Under the pieces are notes generated by a model. The model ran no database searches. It had not been told where the DNA came from and was given only the letters and a program-made list of their open reading frames with translations. This document shows, one piece after another, positions 1 to 15,298 of a stretch of 64,000 nt of DNA. The stretch comes from Bugula neritina (Eukaryota > Animalia > Bryozoa). The stretch covers positions 22,150,628 to 22,214,627 of the forward strand of contig OZ037767.1 in assembly GCA_964035545.1 (NCBI GenBank). Direction: 5' to 3'. The translations under genes were made by a program, and so were the position numbers. The stretch's first letter is position 1; every line of letters starts with the position of its first letter.

Positions 1-2885
1 TGCAACATCACTTCTATTAATTATTGTATGGGTTTATAAACAATTTGTTTTTTTAATATTTTAGAAAAGTGCTTCACAGTACTAGACATTTATGCTTTTT
101 TTAGTTTTTTCTGCAGTTAAATTAATAAACGTGTGCCTAAAGTTGGACTCCATGAAGTTTCCAAAGAAGAACAAGGAAAAGAGTATTGTTTAGACTTTAG
201 TATTATAAACTAAAAGCTTTCAGTGACATAGTGAGAGCAACTTAGTATATTTAGAAAATTCTTATCAAATTTTTTTTAAGCAATTAGGATTTGTACATCT
301 TCTATGGATTTAAGAAAGAAAGTGTGCGTTGGAAATTTGCCGCTGTAACGTATAAAATCCTTGGAGATATACTAGGTTAAGCTTTTTTAAAGCAAATGAA
401 GTAATTTTGATATCTATGAGTACAACTTGATATCAACAACTTGAGATTTGCAAGCATTTTATGAGTTTACGAGTATATAGGCTTTTAAGCAAATACTTGT
501 TATTTAAAAAGTTGGAAAAACACTTTTGGGAAGTTTTTAAACTCGCTATGAGTTTATATTACTTGCGTCTATAACAGTCGTTAACACAGAACTTTAGTAA
601 ACTTCAAACATCAAATCAGATTTGTATAATGTATGTGAAGGCAGCAATATATTCGCATATACACTGTAGTATAATACAATATGAAATATCAATGCTTCTG
701 ACACGTCATATTAGTGACAATTTTTGTTATTGATTTTACTGTTTATATTTGCACCTAGACTGTTAGCACATCTATGACTTCATTGTTCTGCTGCACGCAC
801 ACAGTAAACACTTGACAATATAAAATTATGATTTTCTACCTTATCATGTCAACACTAGGATTGATTGACAACATCGTAAAGACCTTGTCTCCATAGTTTG
901 AATTAAGTTCCACTAAACTGCTATATTCCCCACAGCTTAGCTCCTAGCAGTTATAACATCTTTGTTATTTGGTAAAACAAATTTAAAGTGGAAAATTTTA
1001 TAATTACTTTTTATATTAATCTAAAAGTCATTAGAAAACTACAAAATGCAGTCCTCTGAATTGTCAGCAAATTATAGTTTAAATTAAAAGATTGTATGTT
1101 ATGAATATGAATAAAAAAATACACATATGTAGTCATATATACTACTATAACAAAAAAACTGTCAAGTTCTCATTTTATTGAAAAAAAACATTAAAAATGG
1201 TGAATTAATAGAATATGTTTTGTAGATTAATAGATATGTGACAAAAAAAACAATTTTGTTAATGTAAAATCCTTTACATTAAAAATAGTGTAAATGTTAG
1301 ACATATTAGTAAATAATTATTAACAAAAGTCCAATTGAGAAGAAAATATATGTCATTGATTGCATGCATGACTATATGCCAGTTACACTTTGAGTTGAAA
1401 TAACTGTATACCACCATATGCAAGTCATAAGCTATATTATGAAAACTATTAGGTGAAAACTTTCAGTCATTGCTTGAGGTTTACTGTTAATTGAACAGTC
1501 AAATTGACTACAAGTTCACTACACCATTATCTCTCAGCAGGATGAGCTGTTTACATCTCTAGATATAGCACTATGTTGTTTTATTACATATCTTATACCA
1601 TAACTGATTCTGAAGTACAATGTATGCTATAAATGACTGTGTGCGTGGCATTTATCTGCAGCTAATGCTAGGCTCAGTTTCAATCCAGCATACAATGCTA
1701 TAGAGTAGGTCTATATGTTATTTTAAAGCACAGCTATAAATTTTATATAAACACTTAAGTTCTATACATTATATTATAAACTAAGGTCATTTGGTGCGCA
1801 AAATTAAAATACATAGTATTCATAGAAAATGAATATTGAAAGAGACAAACTGTAAGTGAAACTGAAAAAATGCGTAAAAGTTTAATATTAGATTAAAATT
1901 TAAATTCCTTAAGCACAGCATAACACTAGAAAGTAAAACTCTAAGCATTAACTGTTTATGCTAAATCACAGACACATATACATATGTACACAAAACGCAG
2001 GTAAAAATAGTAAAAAATAAATTGTGCCATCCATCCTTTTAATCAGTTATAGTTAAGCTTATAGGTATAATGCAGCTGTATGTATGTTAGTAGACAACAT
2101 AACCTCTCAATGAAAAGCACCATGCATTGCTGTGTAAGACATAACTATGTATACAACTACAAACTGTATGCAGAAATGTGTTCAAGTTAGAAATGAAAAT
2201 ATCCATTAAAACCATGAAAAGTACTATTGGTAAAGATGGGTTAGATGATGGAGCATGCGTGTTTGAGAAAGCAATTATAGACTACTCACTACTGGATAAC
2301 ATTGGAAATATTGAAGAGGAACATAATGTTAAAGTTGTCTCCCCATTTAGTAATGTGAAGATAACTTTTAAATTTACATTCTACAGTGTACTTTCTAGGA
2401 TCAGAATAGAAATGAGAAATAGTAGTGGCACAAAACTCTCAATCGATATCTTGTAAAATTGGTAAAAGATGAAAAAAAGATTTTATTTTTCTAACCATAA
2501 AAATATAGGCTAAAGTGATCTAAAGTTTGAGTTAAACACTTGGCTGTTTCTGTTCTGTTAGTCTGTGTTGTCCAACTATGGCTGCACACTGATACATTTA
2601 CAAAGATACAAAGAGAAGATAAATTTAAAAAATATACATTGGAGAGATTTCTATAAAAACAGTATCATTGCATTTCAAAGGTTCCTCAACTTTTCTTTGT
2701 ATTAGTATAACATAATTATATATTATAGTACAATCATGGTTGTATACATTTTAAAGCATAAGTGCACAAAAGGTATTGAATAAAATATTTAAATTGCATA
2801 ATATAAAAATAAAATCTGAAAGTACACTAGTACTACTGCAAAAGAAATGCCTAGTTCATTTCTGTTCAGTTCATAACTTAAGGCA

Positions 2886-3071
2886 TCAAATCATGTGGTT
2901 GGTAATGATTTCCAATTCCTTGTGTTTCCTCCATTGGAAAGTATGTTCCGGATGCTTCCACGAGCTCCAGTGAAGTTTACAGCAGAATAGAATGATGATT
3001 AGTGTAACAGCTGTGAGCAAACTCATCCCTACTATGGTTAAGTATAGAGGTGCGTATTTAGTAGCTGCCAT
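2886..3071 (-). CDS. Small single-pass membrane protein (61 aa from ATG 3071), or the last coding exon of a slightly longer protein
   Basis: MAATKYAPLYLTIVGMSLLTAVTLIIILFCCKLHWSSWKHPEHTFQWRKHKELEIITNHMI. It has one clean ~22-aa hydrophobic helix, a juxtamembrane CC-K and a polar tail. A candidate acceptor (ttgtag|) lies 5 nt upstream of the ATG, so the exon would start at 3076. Confidence 0.5.
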   Translation of the reverse strand: MAATKYAPLYLTIVGMSLLTAVTLIIILFCCKLHWSSWKHPEHTFQWRKHKELEIITNHMI

Positions 3072-5375
3072 TGCCTCTACAATATATTCAACTATCAATG
3101 TCTGTCTTTATAAATATTAAATTTGCACTCAAGTTAAAAAAATGTAAAATAATTGGCGAAATTCAAGTTTGCAATGTTCATTGTTAAATACAGTGCTCCA
3201 TCTATATATCACAGATCCATCTCTCCCAAAGTTTCATAAGGCACTAGAAGAGTTTAGACCCTCATTTTGTGGCTTATGTAAGTGTATATAGGGAGAAAAT
3301 GTCTAAATTTAACAGATCGGTGAGCTAAATATGGTATTCTATGTCACAGATGGAGGTTTTAAGACCCGCGGCTTAGCTAAGCTACGGAGGCAGCACTGTA
3401 TTGAAAAGCTTCTATGTGGTTTAATGTATTTCCTGCTACCCGAAGAGAGTAGAGTAGAGATAGGTGGGAATATAATTTCATGTATTTGTTTTTATAACTC
3501 TCTAGTAGCCAATTAAAAATGCTGACAAACTTGTATTTTTAAAACTCAACTTGGCAAAACAAAAAGTAGCTAAAATAGAGTAAAAGAAATTAGATTAGTT
3601 TATTGACTATGGGACAAACATAGACTTAATGTGGAGCTTGATGAGAGCATTTGAGCTGGTTAGCAAGCAAAATGACCCAGAAGTTACTCTAAAAAATAGC
3701 AAATGACAATGTGAACATCTGATAGCTACCCGAATGCATACCAGAAAATAGCTTATAATGCGAATTCTGTAAAGTTACACTTCAGTAAGTGTTTTTATAC
3801 AAGGCAAATTATCTTAGTATTGTGCAACCGCATTACAGAAATATATAATTTACAAAAAAGCCTCAAGGAAAACTGATGCTAAAATATCAAGAAAAACAAA
3901 AGAATAATTATAATAGCAACAAAACAAAGTACAATTGCACTTAATCTATAATAAAAATTAAGACGTTATACTAAATTCATTATTGCCGTGATGTGAACTA
4001 CAAAATATATTCACACTTGACACTGTATCACAACTTACCTGCTAGTTTGTTAGTGTTGATGATTGTTAATAATACGGTACCTATAGTTAGAAATTATTAA
4101 TGTGTATCCATCAAATAAAGTTAATAATTTATCCAATCAACGTCTATTTTTTTGAAAAATAATTATATGTACTCTTTCAGAGAAATAAAAAAATGCTACA
4201 ATATTTAGTTTTGAAAAAAGAAAGAAAAGTTTATCTAATTAATTCGAAAATTTAATACAGTGCATTGCTGCTAAACTATAAAATATCGTCCCCCACTGTG
4301 TAATAACTATGTAACTCCACAGCAAACTACTATTTGTATATTACAATAAACCACATACCAGTGATGCCAAGCTCCTGTCTAAAGTCATTTAACATGACAA
4401 TATTATACTACCACTATAGTGGCTTCTCACAAGTTATGAATGTAGAAAGAAAATTAGCCATTATTTCATTTAATGATTATTTTTATTCAAATTCTAAACC
4501 ATTAGCAGAGTAGAAAATGCAAGATATTATTACATTTTGCTAGTAATAATCCACTTTTCTAGTCGTAATTAGTTACACATGGGAATATTGAGCGTGTAAT
4601 TAACATCTAATAATATTGGCATTCTTATATGGCTTAGACATGCAGTCAAGATTTATTCACTGCTGGATGAAACCAAGTTGAAAACTTAGGTTGTTGCAGT
4701 GAAGACTAAAAATATATCATTTGGTTACAGTTGTAGGCTATGGCAAATTATATGCTTGTACATGAATGTAAGTTATATACGCACTTTTATATTAATTTCT
4801 AGTAACATTTTTTTCTAAATAATTATCAAGAAGAGAAAACAACATTTGAACAATTTAAATTAATATCTACTAAAATGTATTTATTACAATTTGTTGATGT
4901 GTCAGTAATGAAGAGTCTTGTGCCAGTTAGAAATTTGGAAATTCTGCCTTTAAAACTTGGCGAATCACCTTGTTCTAAATGTATTAAATACCTTATACAT
5001 GTTTGCAGCATGTTGTGCTGCAATGTTTATATTTAAATAGGTTATATCATATTACTATAGTGCATATTTAAAGTTGATTTCAGGGTTTTTAGACAGGACA
5101 AATGTTTTATAAAGCTTCATGATTGCCAACACCCAAACTTACCTTGCTATAGATGACCAAACTTACCTATGTGACTAAACTTACGGTGCGTCACTAAGAA
5201 AACCATTGGTGACTAAACAAGTCATGCACTCTACCTTTTACTTTCTCTATAGCATGCATCATCTATAGCAGATCTATAAGAGGATATTCAAGGCTGTATC
5301 AAAGCATGACTCACTTGTTACTGGCTCTTCGTACAGAAACATGCTGCCAGTCTAGCGAGTCAGCTATTGACTTAT

Positions 5376-5455
5376 GTGAAGTCTACCAGAGTGAAGTCTA
5401 CCAGAGTGAAGTCTACCAGAGTGAAGTTTACCAGAGTGAAGTCTACCAGGGTGAA
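5376..5455. repeat. 15-bp minisatellite, (GTGAAGTCTACCAGA) x5
   Basis: Five near-perfect tandem units read directly. This explains the EVYQS repeat in ORF 5306..5605. Confidence 0.9.
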
Positions 5456-8300
5456 AAGGCAAAGTTTACAGATCAGCTGAAGTTTAGATTCCCTTCAACA
5501 CTAGACAGCGCTGCTATACTTCATATGATACAACATGTTGCTCTGTCTAATGTGTGTGTTGAGGAGCAAATACATTACATAATAATATTTCTTCACTCTT
5601 ATTAAGAGATATATAAGGAAGCTGCAGCTGTTTGCTATTAGTGCAAGTGGAATTTACTCTTGCAAATTAAACCAAGAGAGCTAAAGCGTTGCCTTGTCTA
5701 ATTATAGATTGATGTGCAATGTGTAGCACATATGGAGATGTCAAAGTACGATGCATGTAATTTGTTTTTACACTCTATAAGACCAAGCAAATTATGTTAA
5801 GTGTTGCTGCCTTTAAATTTTAATTTAAAACTAAAGTTAATTAAATTAAAACTGGTAAGTTAAAATTTAGTAACCAAAATTTACTCAAAAAAGCAAAATT
5901 TTAAGCATGGGTAAAGCGAATCAGGACTAATCTATTATAAATTACTAATTTATTAATTTTACAAATTTACCTGTCTTTAAAAACAACCTGACAAAATAGT
6001 TCTACTTGTTTTGTACATATTTTTCTTGTATATGTACTTCCTAGCTTTAACGTTATTATATTTTAAGCTGTATTTTCTATTATTATCTATATAATTTTGC
6101 ATTTTCTTAAGGTTAACATAAGACACAATTCATATTTTATGTTCACATGCCATGTAAATATAAATATGTGTGAAAATATACATTTAACAATCACCATTTG
6201 TCTATTATAAACTTGCCAATTATTAATGACAAAAACATGTAGTATTATATTTATACACAGTTGATGATTGTTCTATGTGGCATAAAAACTAGTTATAATT
6301 AACTGCACATGGCTGCTATTTATCTGTCAGCTGGTTTTTTATTATATATTATAACAACTACTCCAACAAACTATGTGCACAGGGAGGGAGAGGGTAACTC
6401 CTAGAAGCATAAAAATGGCTCAATCACACTGTTAATTTACAATTCTACATTGCTCAATTAGGTTTCTGCCATTAATTTGAAACAGCCTTATTGATTACGA
6501 TATAATATTATATTTAGTTTAGTAGGTTGTTTTTGCTACCCCTGAAATTCATTATTGAATAACAATGTTCTTAAAAATCGAGAAGTTGTCTTCTCATAAT
6601 AGAAAACTCAATGATTGAATTAGAATAAAAAATAATTGTGCCACGTTTTAAAAAATTACAAAATCTAACACAAAATTATACTCAGCAGCTTGGAAGACGT
6701 TGGATATAACATCCGAATCCTTCATTCAATGTTTTTCAGAGATTAAGGTTTAGTTACTCTATTTATAGAATTATCTCCTTAGAAAAAGCTTTAAGTGGCA
6801 TCATAAATAGTGCCTTGTAAGGTCTCAGTTCATTTCATTACTTTCTGGCTGATTGCTTTTTTGCATATAAGCGTAAAAACTGTGTAAACTCTAAATATAA
6901 ACTCTAAAACAAGAGCAACAAATACATGCAGGTCTGTCTTATTGAAAAGTCCAGCTGCCACATTCAGTAAAGCATACTGAGAGGTTAACATTTTACATAT
7001 TTTGTGCATTGTTACTGCTAAATACTAATTAATTCAGAAATTAATTCTAATAACTTACAATGGTGACATATTAAATCATTAAACATATCCTTACTGTCAA
7101 TATATATTATGCTCTCAAATTCGGGTTTCTAATTTAAAAGTTTTTAAACAATAATTAATTTGCTAAATAATTTTCAAATATTGTAAATTTAATTCCCTAA
7201 TTTGTTTTTAAAATTTTTAAATTTTATACATAGGGAGGCTTAAAAAATATGAACATCTGCAGTTGTAGGCAAATGAAAAAATTTTAATCCCATGCATTTG
7301 ATTATACTTTTAGCAGCACATATGCTTACAGTTTATTACTATGCATGTAATTTTTTTTATTTACTTGTTTAATTATTTATTTGTGCTAAATTGGTATATT
7401 TGTTTACGCTATTTGCTTATTACTCTATATGTTGAAGCTATCTTGGCATTTTATTTATTTACAATATTTATGTTAGTTACTTGCTTTAAATATTTGTTTA
7501 TGCTAGTTATTTATTTATGTTATTTATTTATGCTATTTATATGACATTTATCCATACTGTTTAACTAATTTATCCGCTAAAAAGATTCCATTGAAACAAA
7601 CTAAGTGCATTGTTCATACTTAGCACAATATACAGTCATACATAGGCTATTGCAGATAGATGCTGATCAAACGCGGTTATTATTTGGTGTGTTTCCAGCT
7701 CAGAGGTGCACCAGTTTGCTGCCCTTCCGGCAGCCTATAGAATTCATGGTGGTTTGACCATTTAATAACCTCTCAGCTGTTATACTACAGCGTAATTCTT
7801 AGAGTTTGCAGATGATGACAGCAATAATGTGATGCTGCATCTGCTATGCTTGATTATTTGAATTTAAAGTGGTACTTAGCAAGTAAGTTGTATAATCTCC
7901 AAACCCTAATTAATGATATGATCATTTTGAAATGCACACAAAGCAATAATATTTGTTAATAAAAACAAAAGAATCATAATATGTTTATATCATCAATCAA
8001 GAAGAGGGTATACCATCTACCAATATATGAATACAATAAGTCTTTATTAGAATAAAATAAAAGATTATGGTATCGACTAAATTTAAGATCTTTCATATAC
8101 TTAAAAACAGCCAGAAAAAACCTTATTTGCCAATTTTAACAACTCAGACAAATCTAACTATCTGAATGATTTACATTTTGAAGGTTTGTGCTACAATTTA
8201 CAAATCAGTTGCATCATATTATTGAAGTAAATATGGCACAGGTTTGGAGCTTGGGCATTAATTTACCATCATTGTGCCGTTTGTACTTACTTTTCTATTT

Positions 8301-8382
8301 ATGCCATTTTCACCTCTGCCATTTTAACCATGCCATTAATACCTGTGCCATTATTACCTGTGCCATTATTATCTGTGCCGTT
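8301..8382. repeat. Degenerate ~15-bp tandem repeat with a TGCCATT core
   Basis: TGCCATT recurs at ~15-nt spacing (tgccattattacctg-type units). Confidence 0.7.
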
Positions 8383-9460
8383 TCTATGAGAAGTCTAATA
8401 TTATATGCTTGTTGTACCTATTCTGCATTTTATGCTGCTTATATGGGGAGAGGGAATTGCATGCTGAGACAGGTGATAGCAGGTTGTCTAAACAGGGAGG
8501 CTGAATAGAGAAAGTAATTATTATATTATTGTGAAGCCATGGGCTATCAATAGTATTCAAGTATTATTAGGCTATTAGACTGTTGCAGTTGTTTATTCAG
8601 AAAACTAACGACTGGAAATATCCCTAAAGAAAAGTTAAATTTAATTGCTTACCAGTACTTACAGTTAAGGCATTGGATTGATTAGCCAGCCACATTTAGG
8701 TGTGAATCAATTTGAAGTGGAAGAAGCCATTAGACAGATGGCTAGAGTTACAGTTCAATCAATGCTCTTTCGCAATCTATTATAATGGTTTTCAATAGAA
8801 AGTCAAAGAGTCATTTAAATAGATAAAACATGAAAAAGCATAACTACTTGATTTTTCAGGCATCCATTTTAAGTTAGTAGCTAACAGATTATTTTAAATT
8901 TTCAAAAAGCTATAAGAGTATGGTTGAGCAAGTTTTTAAAAGACTCAATGGCTAATATGGCCATATATGTGTAGCTGTTTAGTCAAGTTTGTTAGACAAT
9001 AATTACATTATATTGATTAACATTTTTGAAACTGTGACAATTTTGATTTGCAAAGGGCAAAGTTATTCCATAAACAGACACATGCTACTGCTGACGGCAA
9101 AAAATAGATTTTTCTCACCACAGAGCATTTATTTTATTTGAGGCCATCATTATTCTTTCAGAAGAGACGTGTATAGGCCATGTCTCCTAATAACCTATTT
9201 AGCCTCTAGGCTAGTTTATAGGATAAACATTTACCCTGCGCCAGCCACTGTCATTGACTATGATTTATGTTATGGTCACTAAGACACTTGACTGCTTTGA
9301 CAATCTAACAACATCTTTAATGTCAACTGATGGTTTTTGCTGCAACAAAACAACAAAGAAACCTTTAAACCAGCATAAGACCATATAACTTTGATGTTTG
9401 ACTATAATGAATGCAAAGATTATCGTTAGAGATAAGAGATTCCGCTGCAATGTGATATAA

Positions 9461-9624
9461 CCAATGGCATTGTTTTGATTGGAGAATTAGCCAATAGGAA
9501 GATTGATAGCCTATGGGACGCAATGGTGCATTGATGGCTTATAAAGAGCAGCTGTTATTTCTACAATATAAACAGGACTGGGTTGGCGAGACATTTTCAG
9601 GCAAAGCTGAGTTGATTGGTAAGT
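9461..9624 (+). promoter_or_regulatory. Candidate CCAAT/TATA promoter and non-coding first exon, probably of the LRRN-like gene
   Basis: CCAAT 9461, ATTGG 9478, CCAAT 9491, TATAAA 9540-9545, and a consensus donor G|GTAAGT at 9619. The first coding exon of the LRR gene starts with an acceptor (15293-15294), so an upstream UTR exon is expected. Confidence 0.35.
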
Positions 9625-12600
9625 TTGAACTTTATAGCAAAAGAAAGTTTTATAGAGTAGGTTACAACAATGCATTAACTGTAGAATTCATTTCATACCA
9701 GTAATTCATTAACTCAGGGTAAGGAGTAGAAGGTAAATAAGAAATACTATTATTAGTTAGTAATAAACAAACTGATGCTGAGGAAAGGTTGTATTAAGTA
9801 TGGTAGTAGAGATGGGAACTCTGCTATATCCCTAATGATATAACTAACATGTAATCAAAGGCTCAAATTTTGCTTTCTAACTTTCTAAATCAGCATAAAA
9901 ATCATTATCCAAACCATACCACTAAAGAACATGCAATTTTATTAAAGCAACACAAATATTTGCTATAAAAGTATTTTGCTTTAGTTTACTCTCAATGGCA
10001 TCTGATTTAATATGACTTGTAGTACCACAGTTGAATGTTTTAAAAACTATAATTTTACAAAGAATGCTTGTAATTTATTTTCATGAAGAGAATCAGTATA
10101 ATATTTAACTTGAAATGAGTAAATATTTTATCTGATTAGTCATTTGTTGACAGGCTGAGCTTTTGCTTACGCCAACTAAAACCCACTTTTGATCATTTAC
10201 ATAAAATTTAAATTTTTAATTAAATGCAAATAACTCACAAATAGTTTGAAGATAGTGGCATTACTAACATTAGATTAATCTAAACTGTACCTTTAGTATT
10301 TCATTTAAGTCATGGCTTTGTTTTTTGCTTAAAATGGTTGGCTTAATGGCAGCATTTTAAGTTGCCGTTTAGTTTACAATTTTATTGCTTATTAAATTTA
10401 AAAATGCTAATAGCCATAATACATACATGTGTGTAAGTGTTAGGGATGTAAGCTTTATAAAACCATAATATTATAGTGACAGTGTAAATAAAGATTGAAT
10501 ACATATAAGGTGTATTTTAATCATTTTTACTATTTTATGCAACATTACTTTGCCATGCTGTAATAATAATGCTATAAGTTTTAATATACAAATGCATTAG
10601 CTTTTAAAGATACGAATTAGTAAACAGCTAATGGTGTCTAGTTTCAGCTTCCTTTCCCACCACTTGCTGAATAAGGTTTACATAACCCCATGTCTACAGG
10701 GCATAGTATTTCATTCTGCAGCTCAAGAATATTGATAACTAACAGGAAAGACTGTCTTGAATTTAGTAGGGGTGTTGTTGATGCAGTGGTAGCAAATAAA
10801 CATATAGACAGTTATGTATAAATATACAGATATTTCTATACAAATAAATAAAACCTTTCTGGACAAACACCCAACTATCTCCATTATAAAGATATACAAG
10901 CTTTTTCACTAACATGAAACTGCTTCAAGCAGAGAAAATAATGCATATACGAGTATTCTGTATAAATTAAATATTTATATTCTTTGTTGGAAGAACATAT
11001 TGACAGTTGAATACACTGATTCACTTTGCAGCTATGCATTAATTTAAAAATCAATTGCATTGACCTGAAAATATTCTTTTCCCATTTATTTTATGTATTA
11101 AAATTTTCATTAAGTTTACTGAACCCAACTTTTTTGACAATAAGATCATGGTTGCCTGTTTACAAGTTCTATTCTTGGAAAAAAATTTAATCCTCTAATA
11201 CTATTTGACATAAATTACTTCTTTCTTTGGAAGAAGCCACTGGCAGTCGTGACCAAAACGTTTTGTTTTTTGATATTTTTGCCAAAAAAATTCTAAGACT
11301 ATTATGCTGTTTTTTATTTTTCAGTTTCTCAACCTTTAGCAAAGATCCTTTATATTGGGTTTAATATGATATAACAGCATCTAGCTTTAACAGGAATAGA
11401 AAATAATCTATCTTTGAATCTCCAAAAAATAGTTTTTATGAATGCCAAACAGGTTCCTCTTGAATTGCATAACATATGTCTGATGAGTGAGTTAGCATAG
11501 GCAGCATGATTCTGGTTTAATATCCTTACATTCAGCTGAAAAAGGTATCCCAATGGGGAGTTAGATTTGCATAATGGCTGCACTTTTCTCCTGTCATCAC
11601 AATAAAATAGTTTGTAAAGTTGCTAACGAAGTAAGCTAACTAATTAGGTCAATGTATCAATGGTAATTTAGTTTAACAAAATCAATATATGGATGTGCAG
11701 TCATCAATTGGGTACTGCTAATTCAACACTTCATGAATCTTCGGTTGCAATTATATTAGCAATTATTGTCACTTACTGCCAGAAGTGACTTATGTGGTGT
11801 CACGCTGCATAATAATACAATGACTTCACTGTTAATGTATCACTATTTACTGCTGCATATTGTGCTGGGAAAGACTGCCTAACTTAACCTTTCAATCCCA
11901 TTAGTTGTGTAACACAAACTTCTAAACTTTCTTGTAGAAATTTATTTCATTTTCCCAATCAATATATAATAGTAGATTATTGTGCTGTCACAGTTACTAC
12001 GTGAAATATCTGCAAATAAGTAATTTATGCATTTTTTGCATTTTTGCACAAATAATTATGCCTAAATATTGACACTAGCTGGTAAATTCACTGCTCATGT
12101 GATATGCTACTAATTTATTGAAACCAACTTCATTTCTTTATATTGTACAAGATTGGTATTTTCATAATTAAACTAAATGTTATAAGAAGGATTTCAATGA
12201 TCTATACTATACAATATGTTATATATACTTCTAAACATTGTGTGTGTACTAAAATATAAACTTAGACTGAGCTGCACATTGTATCAGTATATGACAAGAG
12301 TTAGTGCCTACACTCCCCTCCCACTAGAATATTCTAGCCAGGTAAACACATAAACATGGGTACAAGTATACCACCTGTCACAATAAATATGAAGTTACAC
12401 CATAAATCACTATAATTGGAATATATTTTTGATGTATTAATATATGTTTCATCTGAAGCTATAATTATAAAAATTATATGATTTTTACAGTTTGAGGGTT
12501 AGCATACCAGGTGCTGTTGGTTTGGGTTTGTAGCCAAATAGCTTGACAGCCTACAGCTTACCTGACAAATTATTACTCTATAAATAAAACAGCTATTAAT

Positions 12601-15298
12601 ACTATAGTAACCTTTTACTGTTAATTTTTAGAGCTTTAATATAACTAAATAAAAAAACTAATGTCAAATGATAATTTTTCTTAAAGAAAGTGGAGTTAAG
12701 CATTGCCAACAAGTTGACAAAAAATTTGAAATGCATTGCATATTTTAAATGGTCTAATCTACATATAGGCCAACAAAGAATGTAAAATAAAAAATATTTT
12801 CAAGTGCAAACTCAATTCATGTATTTAATTGGATCTATATTCTAAGATCTGTTCTAGAAGTGCTATGTATATACCTTATATATCCTTAGTGAAGTCTGAC
12901 TAATATAATTCCAAGCCACATATACCACAAAATCTTGCTCACTACTGCGGAAAAATTTAAAAAGTATCACTTGTTTTGCTGGATGAATTTTTATTATAAG
13001 TTATGTTTGCCAATTTGCCAAAACAAAAAAATTCCTTCAATAATATTTAGGTATATCATGATGGTAGATGTTAAATTAAATGCAGGTAAATTTATAATGG
13101 GAGATCAACCCAGACCCAAACACTGCAACAACATGCAGTCGAAAATTTTTTAACTTCTTTTAATATACAAACTATTAACATAATATTTTTGAAGTGTTAA
13201 TGAAACTTAAACAAAAGCCACTTTTAACTACAAACTATAAATAGTAACACTACTTAACTATTTCCAAGTAGCTGGATTGTTTATTATCTAAAACGGAAAA
13301 TGATGTGGTTTACAGTATATCTTTTATATCAAGGAAAATAGACATACATTGACAAAAGTTACCATATGCTAAAGTTTTATTAATTAAGACTTCACAGCTA
13401 TATGCAGCATCTTCCAACAGAAGGTGTTTACTAATGAGGAGCTTCTCATCACCAGCCCTTGGAATAATATAATCAGCGAAGAAGTTATCTCAGCCCTAAT
13501 TTACATCCAGTTGACTTCTGTCTACTAACTTCAAGCTAATTACTGTTTAGCTGCTTCTTAATTGTAACAGCTACTGCTACTTCATTAAACATAATCATGC
13601 TAATTACTCCTTGGCTATTGTGACTGCATCACACCATGGCATTCTTGTTCATTATTAGCTGCAGTTCTTGACTTTACAATTTTGAAATATTAGTATCTTT
13701 TTGGGGAGGAGGGAACTGGTACCCCATCTGTTATAACAAAGTGTAGTAAAGCACCATCGATTGCCAAATATGACTGGCAGAATTAGTCGCTGTTGCCATG
13801 CTGTAGAATTTTACAATTTTGCTATTTAAAAGCTGGTTTAGATACTTCTTGCTTTGTGCTAAAGGCAGTTGGTCAGAATGTCAATGAGACTAATAAACCT
13901 TTAGAGAAGTGAGTTAAACTGAGTGAGCCATGCAATATACTTACTAATTATGTGACATTGCTCAGCTTCAGCTCTATGTCCCTGATATATTTTATTGATT
14001 TTTGCTACATATAATGTGTAAAAATACAGTGAATTATCATAAACTAAGGCGATTTTCAATACTTTGATAAAGTTTTCTTATTGCTTTATATACTTGTAAT
14101 ATGTTAATAGAACGTTACTATTACTTAATTAATAGTTAAATGAAGTTTGGTTCCATCAAAATGATTCGTAATTCTTTTATTCTTTGACATCCTGTAACCT
14201 GCATGGCGATAAGATTTCTTATAAATGAAAACTTGCTTTATATACTAAGGCATACAAACTAATACCAACTGCATAACAGTAAGTAATTACAAGCACTAAG
14301 CTACTTGATTTTTAAAAGGAAATTAAAATCAAATGTAGTTATTGGGTTGTAACTTTAAGCCAGTGTAACATTGGCTCATCTCTGTATACAAAGAACAGGT
14401 GTTTCTTAGTAATGCCTCTATGGACAGATAATACTCGACTTTGTTAGTAAATAAATCAATGATCGTGCCTTTTGAGATTATATTTGCATATTTCTCATCA
14501 TTGCTACACTTCAACTAATGTACCTTTTTTATCTATGTAATACACCACATAGAGACTCCTCAGTCATATGTGTCAATATAGGTATCAGCTTTCAATAACC
14601 TTTAGCATGACTTGGCAGGGATGAATACGTTTTTGCCTATATATGTTACAAGCACTCCTTAAGTTTATTTTAACCAATGACAAAAAATTGCTTTACTACT
14701 AGTAGATATTACAAATTAAGTACTAATGTACACACGTGTATTTAACAACATTGTTTAAAAAATAATTCCCAAATAAGATACACCTAGCTTGATATTTTGC
14801 TTTTAATCTATTGTTGATTAGCTTTAAATTATAAAGTATAGGTTAGTGACGTATATCAACAATATACTAAATGTCTAAGCAGTTCCACATGTCAACTTAT
14901 AATGCATATTTTGTGTTTTTAGGATATTTGAAAGCAGCCAGGTGCAGATTGCACTTAAAATGAATTTATTTTCATGCAAAGTCTGCCAAATTCCGCTCAC
15001 TTTAATTGACAGTTACTATCAAATATGAAGCAAGTTCTGTTATGCCATGGCAATCAGCATGAGCCAGCAGAAATTGTGGCCTGGAGATACCAGAAATAGT
15101 TTACAGACTTTAGCTTTGCAGATTGTGTTGGCATTAGATATCGTATAGTTTACATAAAAGTTAGTTAAAAAATATTTAGCTATAAAAAAGCATCAAATAC
15201 AGGCAGATTAGAAATTTAGTTCTCATATGTTTAAAAACCTGTTGAAACAGCAGCTAGAAATAGTTAAATAACATACACTTTCAATCTGTTTTAGAAAC

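Noticed and set aside
2178-2456. 92-aa ORF
   Set aside because: GTG start, no motifs and no convincing splice context.
5306-5605. 99-aa ORF with EVYQS repeats, and a possible CRISPR-like array
   Set aside because: A 15-bp head-to-tail minisatellite with no spacers. The ORF is a by-product of the repeat.
7341-7544. Very hydrophobic 67-aa ORF
   Set aside because: Translation of a low-complexity TATTT-rich degenerate repeat.
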